Origin: Candidatus Oleincola secundus
GTDB lineage: Bacteria > Atribacterota > Phoenicimicrobiia > Phoenicimicrobiales > Stramentimicrobiaceae
Assembly (NCBI GenBank): GCA_018400815.1
Contig: JAGYLS010000003.1
Coordinates: 1-53,966, forward strand
Direction of reading: 5' to 3'
Length of the DNA stretch: 53,966 nucleotides
Every line of letters starts with the position of its first letter. Positions within the stretch are counted from its first letter, which is position 1. Below the pieces are notes generated by a model that was given only the letters and a program-made list of their open reading frames with translations, did no database searches and was not told the DNA's origin. The translations under genes were made by a program, and so were the position numbers. Positions 51,464-53,966 of the stretch are shown here, piece after piece.

Positions 51464-51468
51464 ACCTC

Positions 51469-53022
51469 TTATTCCCATTCAATAGTGGAAGGGGGTTTTG
51501 AGCTTATATCATAAAGAACGCGATTAATGCCTTTAACTTGATTAATTAAACGATTTGATATTTTACCCAAAAGCTCATGTGGCAATCTAGCCCAGTCAGC
51601 AGTCATACCGTCATAACTGGTAACAATCCTTATAACTACGCTGTAATCATATGTCCTTAGATCACCCATTACTCCAACTGATTTAATAGGAAGAAGAATA
51701 CCAAAGTACTGCCATAATTTTTTATTTAAACCTTCTTTTAGTATTTCTTTTCGAATAATTTCGTCAGCATCTCTTAAAATCTGCAACTTTTCCGAATTAA
51801 TTTCACCAATTACCCGAATTGCCAATCCTGGACCTGGAAATGGTTGTCTCCATAAAATATTTTCTGGGATGTTAATACTCTGGCCAATTTCTCTTACTTC
51901 GTCTTTAAATAAATTTTTTAATGGCTCCAAAAGTCTTAATTCCATTTTTTCAGGTAACCCGCCAACATTATGATGGGATTTTATTTTAGCTGATGGTCCT
52001 TGTATGGAAACACTTTCTATAACATCGGGATAAAGCGTTCCTTGCAGGAGATGAGTGACATTGCCGATTCTTTTAGCCTTTTCTTCAAATATTTTTATAA
52101 ACAAATTACCGATAACTTTTCGCTTTTTTTCCGGGTCTTTAATGCCTTTCAATTCACTAATGAATTCTTTAGAGTAGTCATAATCGTATAACTTTATTTC
52201 AAAGAAGTCTTTAAAAATACGCCTAACTTCTTCACTTTCATTTTTCCGCATAAGACCGGTATCAATAAAGATACAATGAAGTTGCTCCTTGATAGCCTTA
52301 TGGGTTAAAATAGCAGCAACCATGGAGTCAACACCGCCACTGACTCCAGCAACTACCTTCCCCTTCCCAATCTCATTCTTGATCTCATTAACAGTATTAT
52401 CAATGAAAACACTTGGGGTCCAGTTACCGGAGCATTTACAAATACGATGGGTAAAATTATACAAAATATCTTTACCTTTCTCAGTATGAGTTACTTCCGG
52501 ATGAAATTGTAAACCATATATATTCTTTTTTTCATCAAAAATGGCTGCAATCTTTTCTCCTGAGCTAACAGCAGCCAACTGAAACCCATCAGGCATCTTT
52601 TCAACTATATCATGATGACTCATCCAAGCGTTTATCTTGTCTGGTAAACCTTGAAACAATCTACTGTTATGTCGAATTCCAATAATAGTATTTCCAAATT
52701 CAGCGTTTTTTGAGTTAGAGACTGTACCACCCATCATTTTATTGATTAGTTGAGAACCATAACATATTCCTAGAATTGGTATGTTTAAATTAAAAATATT
52801 CTTACTTATTTTAGGTGCGTTTTTATTTAATACACTATCAGGACCACCGGATAAGATAATACCTTTGGGAGATTTTTCTTTTAATAAAGAAATATCAATA
52901 TAATATGGAAAAATCTCTGAATATATTTTCAATTCCCTTATTCTTCTGGCAATTAATTGGGTATATTGTGAACCAAAATCTAAAATAGCAATCCATTCTT
53001 TGTTAGAATTATCTTTATTCAA
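51469..53022 (-). CDS. guaA: GMP synthase (glutamine-hydrolysing)
   Basis: LDFGSQY, GICYG, QFHPEV, SGGVDS, KSHHNVGG, PFPGPGL, KPPSTIEWE. Confidence 0.98.
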   Translation of the reverse strand: MNKDNSNKEWIAILDFGSQYTQLIARRIRELKIYSEIFPYYIDISLLKEKSPKGIILSGGPDSVLNKNAPKISKNIFNLNIPILGICYGSQLINKMMGGTVSNSKNAEFGNTIIGIRHNSRLFQGLPDKINAWMSHHDIVEKMPDGFQLAAVSSGEKIAAIFDEKKNIYGLQFHPEVTHTEKGKDILYNFTHRICKCSGNWTPSVFIDNTVNEIKNEIGKGKVVAGVSGGVDSMVAAILTHKAIKEQLHCIFIDTGLMRKNESEEVRRIFKDFFEIKLYDYDYSKEFISELKGIKDPEKKRKVIGNLFIKIFEEKAKRIGNVTHLLQGTLYPDVIESVSIQGPSAKIKSHHNVGGLPEKMELRLLEPLKNLFKDEVREIGQSINIPENILWRQPFPGPGLAIRVIGEINSEKLQILRDADEIIRKEILKEGLNKKLWQYFGILLPIKSVGVMGDLRTYDYSVVIRIVTSYDGMTADWARLPHELLGKISNRLINQVKGINRVLYDISSKPPSTIEWE

Positions 53023-53190
53023 TATTTTTTATCACTCCCTGTTCGATTTATTTGTCATTGTATTATTTATAGTATATAATAAATTTGTACTGTAGAAAAA
53101 AACATTTTCAATTATATCATATATATTAATTTTTATCATACACTTTTCATTCAACAAAAAATGAATAGAATCAAGTATAAACTGTATGAA

Positions 53191-53419
53191 AATTTCGGGA
53201 GAGTTTTTTTCGTCTATATAACGAAAAAACGCCGAAGGGGCAAGATGATGGTTCATCCAAACTCTCAGGTAAAAGGACCGGAATTGGACAGTACTCTGGA
53301 AAGATTAATATATCACCGAAGGGGCAATTTCTTTAATAACCTTTATTCAAAAAATTCTGGCCAAAATATTTTTTACAAAGGATGTTTTAGGAAAAATCTC
53401 TCAGGTTTATAGACAGAGT
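53191..53419 (+). ncRNA. Tandem glycine riboswitch
   Basis: Two aptamers: GGAGAG..CCGAAGGGGCAA..AAACTCTCAGGTAAAAGGAC and CTCTGGAAAG..CACCGAAGGGGCAA..AATCTCTCAGG..GACAGAG, with P1 stems AATTTCGG/CCGGAATT and ACTCTG/CAGAGT. Confidence 0.93.
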
Positions 53420-53451
53420 CCTATAAGAAATATAGGATTCTGTCTTTTTTT
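53411..53451 (+). terminator. Riboswitch expression-platform terminator
   Basis: AGACAGAGTCCTATA-AGAAA-TATAGGATTCTGTCT followed by a T-run; overlaps the aptamer-2 P1 3' strand. Confidence 0.88.
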
Positions 53452-53628
53452 ATAATATTTTTTATTCTTATAATTTCAATGGGCATAAAAAAAATTATTT
53501 CATATTTCATAAAAGGTATATATTTTAAGATTTGTGTTTAATATACCTAATATCGGTAATTGTGCTTATTTTAGTAATTTAATAATTAATAGATTATTTT
53601 AATCTTAATAATAACAAAGGAGGAAAAT

Positions 53629-53966
53629 ATGAAATCAGATCTGGAAATTGCTCAGCAAACCAAACTGCTCCCCATTACTGAAATTGCTTCCAAAACGGAT
53701 ATCAAAGAAGACGAATTGGTACCTTATGGCAAATACAAAGCAAAGGTAAGGTCCGGTATCCTAAATCGCCTTAGCGATCATCCCCAGGGAAAATACATTG
53801 TGGTCACTGCCATTACCCCTACCCCACTGGGAGAAGGGAAAACTGTAACTTCCATAGCCTTAGGACAGGGTCTGGCCAAACTGGGCAAAAAAGTAATAAA
53901 CACCCTTAGAGAACCCTCTATGGGGCCGGTCTTTGGCATCAAAGGCGGCGCAGCAGGCGGAGGATA
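53629..53966 (+). CDS. fhs: Formate--tetrahydrofolate ligase (5' part, truncated by the window)
   Basis: [19 protein letters not shown]...PYGKYKAK...[14 protein letters not shown]...[20 protein letters not shown]. Confidence 0.96.
   Translation, partial: MKSDLEIAQQTKLLPITEIASKTDIKEDELVPYGKYKAKVRSGILNRLSDHPQGKYIVVTAITPTPLGEGKTVTSIALGQGLAKLGKKVINTLREPSMGPVFGIKGGAAGGG

Noticed and set aside
53032..53412. ORFs 53032..53256(-) and 53161..53412(+)
   Set aside because: They overlap the divergent promoter region and the glycine riboswitch and have no protein-like features.

Overview
Low-GC bacterial chromosomal segment. The Firmicutes-like gene order and anaerobe-type metabolism make Atribacterota/JS1 plausible, but that is an unverified guess. 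Almost all genes are on the minus strand. Contents: lepB; a mrfA-mrfB-radC-NUDIX(pseudogene)-cupin-HAD-cupin-HAD-aminotransferase cluster; nadE; a Ca2+ P-type ATPase with a MarR regulator; argBDGH; pdp, hppA, ppdK, glyQS, recO, cdd, a DUF3048 gene, a TAXI-TRAP transporter, ybeY, a PgpH-like HD protein, phoH, rpsU, a PrsA-like PPIase, pcrA, two aminotransferases, purB, purA, guaA; and a tandem glycine riboswitch in front of fhs. Several housekeeping genes are broken, mostly by single-base homopolymer deletions, which are most likely assembly errors. The main unexplained signal is a dispersed 60-255 bp non-coding repeat with 7 copies. It has a GC hairpin pair at one end and a perfect ~50 bp palindrome at the other, fills intergenic gaps, touches or supplies stop codons, and has no transposase in the window. 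Also notable are the block-deleted NUDIX pseudogene, the duplicated cupin-HAD module and a heptamer/REP patchwork between guaA and purA.
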